Source: an uncultured Erysipelotrichia bacterium (GTDB taxonomy: Bacteria; Bacillota_I; Bacilli_A; JBKEDG01). From it: a stretch of DNA of 64,000 nucleotides. The stretch lies in contig CAZQIG010000002.1 of assembly GCA_964593055.1 (NCBI GenBank), forward strand, positions 28,631 through 92,630, written 5' to 3'. The notes beneath the pieces are model-generated. The model was not told the origin of the DNA. It saw nothing but the letters and a program-made list of their open reading frames with translations, and made no database searches. Positions 51,092-61,572 of this stretch are shown here, piece by piece. The translations under genes and the position numbers were made by a program. Numbering within the stretch: the first letter of the stretch is position 1; the number at the start of each line of letters is the position of its first letter.

Positions 51092-53176
51092 ATGAAAGAA
51101 GCCATTTTAAATCTCTTGCAAGAAAAAGAGTATAATCCGCTTAGTGCAATTGATATTTTTGAATTATTACCGTATGAAAGTAGTACGGATTTTAAAGAAT
51201 TTATGAAAACTTTACTGCAACTTGAAGAAGAGGGAATTGTATTTGAAACGAAAAAGCATAAATATATACTAGCTTCACGTGCTAATCTTTTACAAGGTGT
51301 TTTTAAAGTTAATCATAAAGGATTTGGTTTTGTCATTATGGAAAATGATGATGATATTTTTGTTGTGCGTAGTAATTTTCAAGAAGCAATTAATGGTGAT
51401 GTCGTACTTGTAGAAGTTTTAAATCACGAGGGGCTTAGAAGAGAAGGTCGTATAGTGAAAGTTTTGAAAAAAGGAAATACTTTTTTTGTAGGAACTTATC
51501 ATGAAAAGAAAAGTCATGGCTATGTTTTGTTAGATGATCCAAAAATGGGTTTGAAAATAGATATTAGTCATGAACAACGTGATTTAGCAGTAAATGGTAG
51601 TAAAGTTTGTGTTATCCTTTTAGATAAGAAAAATGATGAAGTTTACAATGGAAAGATTATTAAAGTTATCGGTCATCGTAATGATCCAGGGATTGATATT
51701 TTATCAACTATTTATAAACATGATATAGAAGTGGAATTTAATGAAAAGGTTCTTGAAGAAATAGCGGTGATTCCTAATGAAGTTAGAGAAAAAGATTTAG
51801 TAGATCGTGTTGATTTGCGTGATGAAGTTATTGTGACAATTGATGGTGATGATGCTAAGGATTTAGATGATGCCATTAGTTTAGTTAAAACAAGTGATAG
51901 ATATATTTTAAAAGTACATATTGCAGATGTTAGTTACTATGTAGAAGAAGCAACTAATCTAGATAAATCTGCTGCATCTAGAGCAACGAGTGTTTATTTA
52001 GTAGATCGTGTTATTCCTATGTTACCACATTATTTATCAAATAATATTTGTTCATTAAACGAAGGAGAAGATCGTTTAGCAATGACATGTGAAATGCATT
52101 TTAATTATAAAGGTGAACTTGTAGATCATAAGTTGTATGCTTCGGTGATTCATTCTAAAGCAAGAATGACTTATAATAATGTAAATAGAATTTTGAATGA
52201 TGATTTAAAAGGGTTAGAGCATTATGAAAATTTATATGAACTGTTTTTCTTAATGCATGAATTGGCACTAAAAATACGTCAAAAGCGTATTGAGCGAGGT
52301 AGTTTAGATTTTGATGTACCGGAAGGAAAAATCATTTTAGATAGTAATGGTAAAGTTAGCGATGTAGTTGTTGCAAAGCGTTTTGAAGCAGAAAGAATTA
52401 TTGAAGATTTTATGATTGTTGCTAATGAAACAGTTGCAGAACATTTTTATTGGTTAGACTTACCTTTTGTTTATCGTGTGCATGCTAAGCCAAAAGATAG
52501 TAAAATGGAAAAGTTTATTCGTGCAGCAAATGCTAATGGTTTTAGTGTAAAAAGAAGTAGTGAAAAAATTAGTCACCATAGTTTACAAAATATTTTAAAA
52601 GAATTAGATGATGATAAAGGTTATGTTATGCGAACATTATTACTGCGTTCGATGCAAAAAGCTATTTATGATACGAAAAATATTGGTCATTTTGGCTTAG
52701 CTTCAAAGTATTATACGCATTTTACGTCACCTATTAGAAGATATCCTGATTTATTAGTCCATCGTTTAATTAGAAAATATGAATTTTTAGGTAATTTAAA
52801 TTTTAGTAATAATGATATTGGACAGCTTGTGCAAAATAGCGAACATAGTTCTTTTAAAGAGCGTAAAGCGATGGATTGTGAATATGAAATTCTTGATATG
52901 AAGAAGGCAGAATATATGGAGCAATTCATAGGTAGTAATTTTAAGGGGATTATTAGTTCATTAACTAATTTTGGAATGTTTGTCGAGCTTGAAAATACGA
53001 TTGAGGGGTTAATTAGGTTTGCTGATATTACGAGTGATCATTTTATTTATGATGAGGAAAGAATGCTTGTTTATAGTAAGAAGAGTAATAAAGTTTATAA
53101 ATTAGGAGAAGAAGTGAAAGTTAAGCTTGTCAGAGCAGATAAAATAACAGGTGAGATAGATTTTATTTTGAGGTGA
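51092..53176 (+). CDS. rnr: Ribonuclease R
   Basis: RNB catalytic domain (DGDDAKDLDDA) and a C-terminal S1 domain. Confidence 0.9.
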   Translation: MKEAILNLLQEKEYNPLSAIDIFELLPYESSTDFKEFMKTLLQLEEEGIVFETKKHKYILASRANLLQGVFKVNHKGFGFVIMENDDDIFVVRSNFQEAINGDVVLVEVLNHEGLRREGRIVKVLKKGNTFFVGTYHEKKSHGYVLLDDPKMGLKIDISHEQRDLAVNGSKVCVILLDKKNDEVYNGKIIKVIGHRNDPGIDILSTIYKHDIEVEFNEKVLEEIAVIPNEVREKDLVDRVDLRDEVIVTIDGDDAKDLDDAISLVKTSDRYILKVHIADVSYYVEEATNLDKSAASRATSVYLVDRVIPMLPHYLSNNICSLNEGEDRLAMTCEMHFNYKGELVDHKLYASVIHSKARMTYNNVNRILNDDLKGLEHYENLYELFFLMHELALKIRQKRIERGSLDFDVPEGKIILDSNGKVSDVVVAKRFEAERIIEDFMIVANETVAEHFYWLDLPFVYRVHAKPKDSKMEKFIRAANANGFSVKRSSEKISHHSLQNILKELDDDKGYVMRTLLLRSMQKAIYDTKNIGHFGLASKYYTHFTSPIRRYPDLLVHRLIRKYEFLGNLNFSNNDIGQLVQNSEHSSFKERKAMDCEYEILDMKKAEYMEQFIGSNFKGIISSLTNFGMFVELENTIEGLIRFADITSDHFIYDEERMLVYSKKSNKVYKLGEEVKVKLVRADKITGEIDFILR

Positions 53177-53180
53177 GATA

Positions 53181-53618
53181 ATGGAAATAAGAAATCGTAA
53201 AGCACATCATAACTATTTTATTTTAGAAGAACTCGAATGTGGAATTGTTCTTGTAGGTAGTGAAGTGAAGTCTATTCGCCTAGGTAACTGTAATATAGCT
53301 GATGCTTTTTGTCGAATTAGAAGTGGAGAAGTTTTTATAAGTAATATGCATATCAGTTCATATGAGCATGGTAATGACTTTAATCATGAACCACTTCGTC
53401 AACGTAAATTGCTATTACATCGTAAAGAAATAAGAAAGTGGGAAATGAAACTTAAATTGGAAAATTTGAGTATTATACCTTTGAAGGTTTACTTTAAAAA
53501 TGGAAAGTGCAAACTTCTAGTAGGTCTTGCAAAAGGAAAGAAAAATTATGATAAACGTGCTTCGCTAAAAGAAAGAGATATGAAACGAGCGATTCAAAAA
53601 TCTTTACATAAGGAGTGA
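53181..53618 (+). CDS. smpB: SsrA-binding protein
   Basis: 145 aa, ...NYFILEELECGIVLVGSEVKSIR... Confidence 0.9.
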   Translation: MEIRNRKAHHNYFILEELECGIVLVGSEVKSIRLGNCNIADAFCRIRSGEVFISNMHISSYEHGNDFNHEPLRQRKLLLHRKEIRKWEMKLKLENLSIIPLKVYFKNGKCKLLVGLAKGKKNYDKRASLKERDMKRAIQKSLHKE

Positions 53619-53622
53619 TTTT

Positions 53623-54834
53623 ATGAACAAAAAGCCGTTAAAAGGGATGAGAGACTTTTTGCCACAAGATGCGATTAAAAGAAATATGTTGCGACAATTA
53701 ATTGTTGAAAATTATTTGTCATATGGTTATAGTCCCATTGAAACACCTTCGTTAGAAGATTATCAAAATATTCATACAAATGAATCAGGTGAAAATTCTA
53801 AAATAGCTTTTAATGTTTTAAAGCGTGGTGATAAATTAAATTTAGATGACCGTAATTTAGATATCAAAAGTATTTGTGATATGGGATTACGTTTTGATTT
53901 GACATTGCCATTGACAAGATTTTATGCAAATAATGCTAATAGTTTACCTTCACCCTTCAAAGTTTTTCAGATTGGTGATGTTTGGCGTGGAGAGCGTCCT
54001 CAAAAGGGGCGTTATCGTCAATTTATGCAATGCGATGTTGATATTATTGGTGATAAAACAATTAATGCTGAGCTTGATTTATTACGTGTGGGGATTAAAA
54101 CATTGCAAAAGCTAGGATTAAATGATTTTGTGATTAGTATTAACGATCGCCGTCTTTTAAATGATTTAATGAATTTATGTGAGATTGAGCAACAGTATTA
54201 TGAAAAAGTTTTAATCACGCTTGATAAATTAGATAAAATTGGTGAAGAAAAAGTCATCGCTGAATTATTGCAAATTGGTTTAAGTGAAGTTAAATCGGCA
54301 AAGCTTTTGAAAATGATTACTAACTTAGATTTACATACACTTAATAACTACTATGCTAATGATTTATTAACAGTAATTGAGGTTATTAATACTGTTAGTG
54401 AAAAAATTAGCATTGTATTTGATCCAACACTTGTTAGAGGGATGGGTTATTATACGGGAATGGTGTTTGAAATTAAGGATAAAAAATTAAATCTTTCTAT
54501 TGCAGGTGGTGGTAGATATGATAATTTAATTGGTAAATTTATGAATAATGATGTTCCCGCTTGTGGATTTTCACTAGGTTTTGAGCGTATTTTGTTATTG
54601 CTTGATGAAAAAAAATACGAAGTTAGTTGTCAGCATGCGGTTTTAATTGATGAATTAGCTAGTGATAAATATATTGAGTTGTTAGAAAAAATAGCAAATG
54701 TAGGTTTTAATGTTAGTATTTTAACGAAGAAGAAAAATTTAAAAAAACAATTAGATGATTTAGTGAATAGTAATTATCAATACTATTGTGTATATGAAGA
54801 TGAGTTAGACTTTAAGGAATTAAATAATGCGTAA
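53623..54834 (+). CDS. hisS: Histidine--tRNA ligase-like protein (HisS; the HisZ paralog is not excluded)
   Basis: Class II motifs GMRDFLP, GGGRYDNLIGKF and a C-terminal anticodon-binding-like domain. At 403 aa it is somewhat short. Confidence 0.55.
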   Translation: MNKKPLKGMRDFLPQDAIKRNMLRQLIVENYLSYGYSPIETPSLEDYQNIHTNESGENSKIAFNVLKRGDKLNLDDRNLDIKSICDMGLRFDLTLPLTRFYANNANSLPSPFKVFQIGDVWRGERPQKGRYRQFMQCDVDIIGDKTINAELDLLRVGIKTLQKLGLNDFVISINDRRLLNDLMNLCEIEQQYYEKVLITLDKLDKIGEEKVIAELLQIGLSEVKSAKLLKMITNLDLHTLNNYYANDLLTVIEVINTVSEKISIVFDPTLVRGMGYYTGMVFEIKDKKLNLSIAGGGRYDNLIGKFMNNDVPACGFSLGFERILLLLDEKKYEVSCQHAVLIDELASDKYIELLEKIANVGFNVSILTKKKNLKKQLDDLVNSNYQYYCVYEDELDFKELNNA

Positions 54835-55396
54835 ATTAATTATTATAAGTGGGATCATTTTCTTAATAGTAGCAAGTGTAATCGTTTATTATAATAATGA
54901 GCGTGTGATGATAAATCGCACTTTTCGTCATGCTGAGTCAGTCTATGATGCTTTAAATGATAAAAGGGTTGTTAAATTTTATATTCAATTACAAGAACTC
55001 GATAATAAATTTATTTATCAAGAATATAGTGAAAAAGAATTTATTATTTATAATGGTAATGAATATTTGCTGTTTAATAAAGGGAAGTTACTAAAATCAG
55101 AGAATTTGGATTTTAGTACAGCTATTCCAACTTTTTACAATTCAAATGAAAAGTTTGATTATCAGAGCCTATTTAGTGATGATGTAGAAGCATTTTATAA
55201 TAGTGATCCAAGTGAGATGGTGTTAGTTGATGATAGTAAGTGTCCAACGATTAAGTATGAAGATGAGAAAGTAATTAATGTTTTAGAAAATTGTGATGGT
55301 GTTTATACTTTAACAACAACTAAGTCAGAAGTTACAAGAATTTTAGAGTTTTCTTTAATAAAGGAAGTTATTAAAAAGACTGAGGTAGTTCAATGA
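54827..55396 (+). CDS. Membrane-anchored hypothetical protein
   Basis: N-terminal TM and no recognisable motif. Confidence 0.35.
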   Translation: MRKLIIISGIIFLIVASVIVYYNNERVMINRTFRHAESVYDALNDKRVVKFYIQLQELDNKFIYQEYSEKEFIIYNGNEYLLFNKGKLLKSENLDFSTAIPTFYNSNEKFDYQSLFSDDVEAFYNSDPSEMVLVDDSKCPTIKYEDEKVINVLENCDGVYTLTTTKSEVTRILEFSLIKEVIKKTEVVQ

Positions 55397-56061
55397 TAAT
55401 TTTATTTAGTCCAACAAAAGAGCAAATTATAAAAGAAATTTCTGGTAGTAAGCATAAGTATGAGGATAAGACTTTGCAAATTGAAAAGTGTTTAGAAAGT
55501 TTTTCTAAAGATGAGTTACAAAAAATTTTAAAAATCAGTGATAAAAAGTTTGCAGAGTATTTAGAAATGAAACAAAATTTAAAAAAAACGCCCGCTTTAA
55601 TGATGTATAATGGTATTAGTTATCGTCAACTTTCACGTGATACTTATAATCAAAAACAGAAGGATTATTTACAAAAGCACGTTAGAATTTTAAGTGCGAT
55701 GTATGGAATTTTAAGACCTTATGACTTAATCAAAAATTATCGCCTAGATTATACGCGAAATATTGGTTTTAATCTATATAGCTTTTGGCATGATGAAGTT
55801 CAAAGTGAATTGAGTGAGACAACAATTAGTTTAGCTAGTCAAGAATTTATTAAAGGTTTGAGTAATATAATTCAAGTTCATTTTTGGAATGAAGGAAAAA
55901 AAGTACATACAGTAGAGGCAAAAAAAATGCGTGCTAAATTTTTAGATGCTTGCGTATTACAAAATATCGTGAGAATAGATGATTTTTTAGATTTAAAAAT
56001 TGCTGGATATAGCTTGTTTTTATATGATAGAGATAATTTACAAATCATTTTTGCAAAATAA
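55393..56061 (+). CDS. yaaA: YaaA-family peroxide stress protein (DUF328/UPF0246)
   Basis: MIILFSPTKEQ... N-terminus; 222 aa. Confidence 0.7.
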   Translation: MIILFSPTKEQIIKEISGSKHKYEDKTLQIEKCLESFSKDELQKILKISDKKFAEYLEMKQNLKKTPALMMYNGISYRQLSRDTYNQKQKDYLQKHVRILSAMYGILRPYDLIKNYRLDYTRNIGFNLYSFWHDEVQSELSETTISLASQEFIKGLSNIIQVHFWNEGKKVHTVEAKKMRAKFLDACVLQNIVRIDDFLDLKIAGYSLFLYDRDNLQIIFAK

Positions 56062-56123
56062 TCGTACTAGTTATTGCAAATAAAGTTAATCTTTGATATA
56101 ATAGTTGAGCAATGTTTGCAAAT

Positions 56124-56200
56124 GGCGGTGTAGCTCAGCTGGCTAGAGCGTTCGGTTCATACCCGAAAGGTCGGGGGTTCGATCCCCTCCGCCGCTACCA
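56124..56200 (+). tRNA. tRNA-Met (anticodon CAU; elongator-type)
   Basis: GGCGGTGTAGCTCAGCTGGCTAGAGCGTTCGGTTCATACCCGAA...GGTTCGATCCCCTCCGCCGCTACCA. Confidence 0.85.
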
Positions 56201-56228
56201 TTTATTTTTGAATTTGTAATAAAAGTTC

Positions 56229-56264
56229 AAGACACTAGAATAGTAATTCTTGTGTCTTTTTTGT
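56229..56264 (+). terminator. Intrinsic terminator after tRNA-Met
   Basis: AAGACAC...GTGTCTT with an inner AGAAT/ATTCT extension, followed by TTTTTT. Confidence 0.6.
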
Positions 56265-56670
56265 TTGCATAAATTACAAACGGTGTGACTAGAAAAATAT
56301 GCATCAATGTAAATTGTTTTTATAGCAATTTAGGAAAAGAGAGGGGAATATTAGTTCTAAGATATTTAAAAGTCAAGCATGAAAAATGTTGTTAAAAAAT
56401 TGATAGACATAAATATTTTATATTTTTACATTGATTATACATGGATTCAATTAAAATAAGTAGATATTGTATATGAGCTCTAATTATGATAATATCTAGC
56501 TTAGATATAACTTTATTTAATTATTATAAATAAAAAGTATGGTAATTAAACTAGATTGGCAATTTATGATAATATGAGTGGATATTCACATGCATATTAT
56601 CTTACATATGATTATGTAGATTCAAAATACCCTAGAGTTCGTTACAAATTATGGATTTGAGGTGAAATAA

Positions 56671-57084
56671 ATGAAAAAAAGGATTGTATTATTTATTATT
56701 TCAGTAATTATTTTGTTATTAATCTTAATCATAATTTTTTATAATACTAAAAATAGTTGTGAAAAAGGGTTAGCAACTTATATTATAAAAAATGATTTAG
56801 TACAAACTAGAGAAATTACTTTTAACTCAGAAGCGTGGTGTGCAGGTAAATATGTTATATCTGTATGGGAAGAAGTGTATGATGAAAACGATGTTTTGAT
56901 TTCTACAATTGTTGCTAGTGGAGATGAAGAGATAGAAGTTTTTATTGATGATGGAGACTCTATAACTGAAGTAGAGTTTTTAGGAGAAGAACAAGTAATA
57001 AAAATAGCTATAGGAGATAAGTTGATAATTGAGTTTTTAAATGAGGATACAGAGCAAGAAATAAAGCTATATTATAAAGATTAA
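56671..57084 (+). CDS. Membrane-anchored hypothetical protein immediately upstream of cas13a
   Basis: 137 aa, N-terminal TM, acidic C-terminal domain, GGTGA RBS. Confidence 0.4.
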   Translation: MKKRIVLFIISVIILLLILIIIFYNTKNSCEKGLATYIIKNDLVQTREITFNSEAWCAGKYVISVWEEVYDENDVLISTIVASGDEEIEVFIDDGDSITEVEFLGEEQVIKIAIGDKLIIEFLNEDTEQEIKLYYKD

Positions 57085-57134
57085 GAGGGTGCTAGTAAAA
57101 AAAGCTAGTACTTTTTTGTTTTATTTAGAATTAA

Positions 57135-57163
57135 TTGACAGCATTAATATAAAATGTGATAAT
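57135..57163 (+). promoter_or_regulatory. Near-consensus sigma-A promoter for the effector gene (TTGACA-17-TGtGATAAT)
   Basis: -35 TTGACA at 57135-57140 and extended -10 TGnGATAAT at 57155-57163. This places ATG 57156 inside the promoter, so the real start is ATG 57222 after the GTGGGGGGA RBS. Confidence 0.55.
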
Positions 57164-57221
57164 GAAAATATATTTTAAAGACTACTTATGTTATCAAAAA
57201 ATTTTAAAGTGGGGGGATTTA

Positions 57222-60200
57222 ATGAGAATAACTAAGCAAAAGTGGTACTGTGTTAGTGGTGTAGAAAATGAGCTGTTTTACGACAAGTATAATAGAAGAT
57301 ATTTTTATTTAAAAGAAAATAATCAAAGGTGTGTAATTGATAAAAACGATTTTTACATACAATTAAAAACAAGAGGGAATAGTCAAAATAAAGAGTTTAA
57401 TATTCTAAAAAAGAAAAATATTTACAAAAAAGATATGTCTAGTTATAAAAAACTTGAAGAAAAAATAGATTTCAAAAGTAAAACTAAACTATATTTTAAA
57501 AGAGGTGGAAAATATTCTGAAATTTATGATAATGAAAAACAGTTAGCAGTAAATCGTCATAATTTTATTTGTGATATTAATAGTATTCATAACGAATTTT
57601 TAAAAGAAACTATGAAGCATGAAAAAGTTGATGAAGATATCTGTAATAATTTTACCGATAAATATTTTAATGTAATTGACAAATATACGAAAGAAAGTGA
57701 AGAAGTTATAAGTGATAAAGCGTTACGCGATTCAAGGTCTGTATCTATTTCAAAGATTTTGAAGCATAATGAAAAATCTTTAATAAATAGATTTGGAACA
57801 AGAGCTATTGAATGTGAAATTCAATTAGCAAAATCAATTATTAATTTTCATAAGAAACAGAAGCTTTCCAAAAAACTGAATGAATTTTATACAGAATTAA
57901 CTAAAGAATATAACAGAAGTATGAAAAGATATGGATTAACTTCTAAAAATTCAAAAAGTAATAGAAATGATATTATTGAAAGTTTGAATTATAATAAAAT
58001 TTTAGAGATTAGTACATTTAATGATTTAAAAAATAAAATCGGTGTAGTAATTGAAGCTTATGACTTATCTAAATTATGTGTAAAAATTATTGATAATAAA
58101 GCAACATATTATAAAGAGTTTAAAAATCCTAATGGAAAAAATAATATTAAATATACTTTATTTGATGACATAAGAAAACATTATCAAGACACCTTTAAAA
58201 ATTTTGATGAAAAAATGAAAGACACTATTAATAATAGCTGTTTAATTGTTAAAGAAAATGAATATAAATTTGTTTTGAAGTATGTTCATAATTATGTATT
58301 AGGTAGAGCAAGAAAAATAAAAAAATATGTTGAAAGTAAAGATTTAGAACTTGAGGATGACTTTATTGAAAAGGCTTTTGAACACAAGAAATTAAAAACA
58401 AAAATAGAAAATAGGGTTCTTTCTACTTTTAATACTCAACTGAATAGTATGAAAAAAGAAAAAGCCTTAGATTTGACTGAAAATCTAGAAAAAGAAATTG
58501 GGTTGCAGTTAGCAAAAATTCAAGATACGTATTCTAATAAATTAAATAATTTAATTTACGAAACAGTATACAAATTTTTATCTTCCATCGATAGAAAAAA
58601 TGATATATTGGGAGCAAGTGAATTATGTGACTTAAAGAAGGATATAGGAGAAACAAAATTTGAAAGTAATAAAGAACTATATATATCAGCATATTTGTTG
58701 AGAAACTATACAATTCATTACCAAAATTTTGATAAACAAAATGAAATTAGAGATGATAATGCTTTTAGTTTGAAAAATTATTGCCCCAAGTCATCAGTAG
58801 ATAAAATAAGCAAATATGTTGTGTCACAGTTTGAGTATAATAATACATTTAAATATATTGATAATAATATATTTAAAAAATCAATAGACTTACTTCAATT
58901 AAATCATATTAAGGATTTAATATTTCCAAGGTTTGATAAAATTTTCAAACTTATAGTAAATGATAAAAATTTTAAATGTTTTGAGCCTAAATTATTTTTT
59001 GATTTAAATGATGAGTTTAAATTTTGTTATAAATACTTATTGAATAGAATTTATTCACAGGGATTTGCAACAAACACTGATAAAACTAAAAATTACCTTG
59101 AAAAAAAACAGCAATTTATGAACGAGTGTCATGGTAATGTAGTAATGGTAGAAAAACAAATAATTGAGCTTATTGCTCAAGATTTTATAGAATATTTATC
59201 TGATAATAAGATTGAATTTAATTTGAATGATGATTTTGATAAATGTAATATAGATGAAAATAAAAGATACTTAGAATTAAAGTTAAAGAAATTTGAATTT
59301 TCAGATTATAATTCAATTAAAGATTCAAATGATTTTATTATTAGTATATATCATCTAGGAATTAATGCAACAGTTGAAATATTGAGTGAGTTATTGCAAA
59401 ATACTATAAAATATAAGTCCCTTTTAATAAGTTTGAAAGAAAAGTATAAAGAAGAGCATAAGATTTTTTTAGAAGCTTTCCAAAAAGTAACTCGATTTAA
59501 TGAAGAATTTTATACTAGTATTGAGTGTTATTTGAGCGAATTTGAGAAATTAATAAAAATATTAAAAAATGAATTGATGATTAAAAATTATGATTTAAAT
59601 AGTAATTTAAATTGTCATAATAAATTCGAGAGTGAATTATTGAAAATTTTCAATAAAAATAGCAGGGTAGAATTTAAAAGTCTTGATGAAGTAAAATATC
59701 AAAAAGCGAATAAAAATAATGAAAGTATTGAAGTGAATCTTTGGAAACCAGAAAGTAAAACTAAAAATGTTGATATAATAAACAATAAGTTTTTAATTAG
59801 AGAGTATACTAATGGAACACTAAAGTTCAGCTTAGATTTACATACTCATTGTATGAAAGAAACAAAATTGTACTATAATGAAATTATTGCTGAAATAAAT
59901 ACGTTTAATAAAACTATATCTAGGGATGATTTATTAGAAAATAAAGATTTGATAGATACAATTATGGGTTCTAAAGATAATCATAAGCAATTTGAAAGTA
60001 TGTCTAGAATAGTATATTATCAAAAAATGAGGCAATTAATCCAGGGTAAATATAAAGAGCTTTATAACGAAGCAAAAATGAATAATAAAAATAGGAGAAT
60101 TTTATACTCGGATATTTTTAAAGATAATAAAGAATTAGTAAATAAAACAAGCGCAATTCACAAAGAAGCAAGTGATGGAATAAATAAGTATAATTTTTAT

Positions 60201-60683
60201 ATGAACTTGCTTAAACTTACTACAATTAGTAAAATTAAAAAATATAATAGTGAGTTTCATGCAAGGTTTATGTCTTGGATATTTCAAGGTGAAAAATTTG
60301 CTGGCAATATTTATAATACTAAAAAACCTATTGGGCAATTATTGTCGAAAAGGTCTATTGATTCAAATAATAATTTGAATCAATTTAGAAATGACATTGC
60401 TCACTTGAATAATTTTCAAGAAAATAATAAAAGCTCTAAAAGCTATAGTGACTATATAGATGATATCAAAAGATATAACTCGTATAGTACTATGAAAAGA
60501 AAAGAGGTATCTATTGTTATTGATAAAATTAGAACAAAGTATTTAGCTTCTAATGATAATATACACAAAGTTTTTAATAAAAAAAATGGGTATGAGTGTG
60601 ATTTAAATAACAATAGTGCTGAAGAAGTAAAATATTATTTGGAATTTGAAAAATTTAATTGGGATAGATCAAACAATGTCTAA
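57222..60683 (+). CDS. cas13a: Type VI-A CRISPR effector Cas13a (C2c2)-like, RNA-guided RNase with two HEPN R-x4-H motifs
   Basis: ~1153 aa, Lys/Asn-rich, with no RuvC or HNH signatures. RNYTIH is at codons 494-499 (nt 58701-58718). RNDIAH is at codons 1056-1061 (nt 60387-60404). cas1-cas2 and a co-oriented array with a Leptotrichia-Cas13a-like repeat lie directly downstream. Confidence 0.85.
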   Translation: MRITKQKWYCVSGVENELFYDKYNRRYFYLKENNQRCVIDKNDFYIQLKTRGNSQNKEFNILKKKNIYKKDMSSYKKLEEKIDFKSKTKLYFKRGGKYSEIYDNEKQLAVNRHNFICDINSIHNEFLKETMKHEKVDEDICNNFTDKYFNVIDKYTKESEEVISDKALRDSRSVSISKILKHNEKSLINRFGTRAIECEIQLAKSIINFHKKQKLSKKLNEFYTELTKEYNRSMKRYGLTSKNSKSNRNDIIESLNYNKILEISTFNDLKNKIGVVIEAYDLSKLCVKIIDNKATYYKEFKNPNGKNNIKYTLFDDIRKHYQDTFKNFDEKMKDTINNSCLIVKENEYKFVLKYVHNYVLGRARKIKKYVESKDLELEDDFIEKAFEHKKLKTKIENRVLSTFNTQLNSMKKEKALDLTENLEKEIGLQLAKIQDTYSNKLNNLIYETVYKFLSSIDRKNDILGASELCDLKKDIGETKFESNKELYISAYLLRNYTIHYQNFDKQNEIRDDNAFSLKNYCPKSSVDKISKYVVSQFEYNNTFKYIDNNIFKKSIDLLQLNHIKDLIFPRFDKIFKLIVNDKNFKCFEPKLFFDLNDEFKFCYKYLLNRIYSQGFATNTDKTKNYLEKKQQFMNECHGNVVMVEKQIIELIAQDFIEYLSDNKIEFNLNDDFDKCNIDENKRYLELKLKKFEFSDYNSIKDSNDFIISIYHLGINATVEILSELLQNTIKYKSLLISLKEKYKEEHKIFLEAFQKVTRFNEEFYTSIECYLSEFEKLIKILKNELMIKNYDLNSNLNCHNKFESELLKIFNKNSRVEFKSLDEVKYQKANKNNESIEVNLWKPESKTKNVDIINNKFLIREYTNGTLKFSLDLHTHCMKETKLYYNEIIAEINTFNKTISRDDLLENKDLIDTIMGSKDNHKQFESMSRIVYYQKMRQLIQGKYKELYNEAKMNNKNRRILYSDIFKDNKELVNKTSAIHKEASDGINKYNFYMNLLKLTTISKIKKYNSEFHARFMSWIFQGEKFAGNIYNTKKPIGQLLSKRSIDSNNNLNQFRNDIAHLNNFQENNKSSKSYSDYIDDIKRYNSYSTMKRKEVSIVIDKIRTKYLASNDNIHKVFNKKNGYECDLNNNSAEEVKYYLEFEKFNWDRSNNV

Positions 60684-61572
60684 TACAATATTTGTAAAGC
60701 AAGGTAGTAAGTTAAAAATTAGCGATGCAAATTTGTGTGTAGAAGTAGATAGTGAGTATAACTTAATCCCATTTAATGAAATAGAAATAATAATTATTGA
60801 AAATTTGAGATGTAGTATAACTGCAAGCGTTATAGTCGAATGTAGTATGAAAGGCATTCCAATAATATATTGTAATAATAAGCATACACCAGTTGCGACA
60901 ACAGATAGCTTATATTCTTACCATAGGCAAACCAAAAAGATACAAGAACAAATGTTATGGACTACTATTAGAAAAGAAAGACTATTTGTAAAAATTGTTG
61001 AAAGAAAAATTAAAAATCAATGTAATCTTTTGAAGTACATATATGATGATATAGATGAAAAATATTTTGAAGAAAAAATACGATCATTAAATAAAGAAAA
61101 TGTATTGAGTGTAGAAGCACAAGTTGCAAAGAAATACTTTAATAACTTGTATGGCTCAGAATTCAAAAGACATGAAAAAGATTATCCAAACTTTCTTTTG
61201 AATTATGGCTATGCTATAATTAGAAGCAAGATAAGACAAGTTATTGTAAGTAAAGGATTACATCCATCACTTGGAATAATGCATAACAATCAATTTAACA
61301 ACTATAATTTAAGTGATGATATTATCGAAGTTTATAGACCATTAATTGATTACTATGTGCATGTTATTTTAAAATCAAGTTTTGAAGAAAGCCAAGCAAA
61401 AAACATTTTACAAGGTCTATTATTTCAAAGAGTGATGTATGATGGAGTGGAAACAGGAGTAAGGTTGAGTATAGAGCTATTTGTAGATGGCATAATTAAG
61501 TATATGAATAAATCTAATAAGGAAATAGTAATGCCCATTTTGGAGGTTGATATGTATGAGCTCCAAATATAA
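60676..61572 (+). CDS. cas1: CRISPR integrase Cas1
   Basis: The Cas1 C-terminal signature NYGYAIIRSKIRQVIVSKGLHPSLGIMHNNQFNNYNLSDDIIEVYRPLIDYYV is present. It overlaps the cas13a stop. An alternative TTG start is at 60646. Confidence 0.85.
   Translation: MSNTIFVKQGSKLKISDANLCVEVDSEYNLIPFNEIEIIIIENLRCSITASVIVECSMKGIPIIYCNNKHTPVATTDSLYSYHRQTKKIQEQMLWTTIRKERLFVKIVERKIKNQCNLLKYIYDDIDEKYFEEKIRSLNKENVLSVEAQVAKKYFNNLYGSEFKRHEKDYPNFLLNYGYAIIRSKIRQVIVSKGLHPSLGIMHNNQFNNYNLSDDIIEVYRPLIDYYVHVILKSSFEESQAKNILQGLLFQRVMYDGVETGVRLSIELFVDGIIKYMNKSNKEIVMPILEVDMYELQI

Noticed and set aside
57156-57221. Upstream ATG 57156 as the cas13a start (ORF-track 1175-aa version)
   Set aside because: ATG 57156 falls inside the predicted -10 region of the TTGACA-17-TGnGATAAT promoter. 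ATG 57222 has a G-rich RBS and yields a protein size typical of Cas13a.
57222-60683. Large effector as Cas9 or Cas12
   Set aside because: It has no RuvC-I/II/III or HNH motifs and no tracrRNA-like anti-repeat nearby. Instead it has two R-x4-H HEPN motifs and a Cas13a-type repeat.
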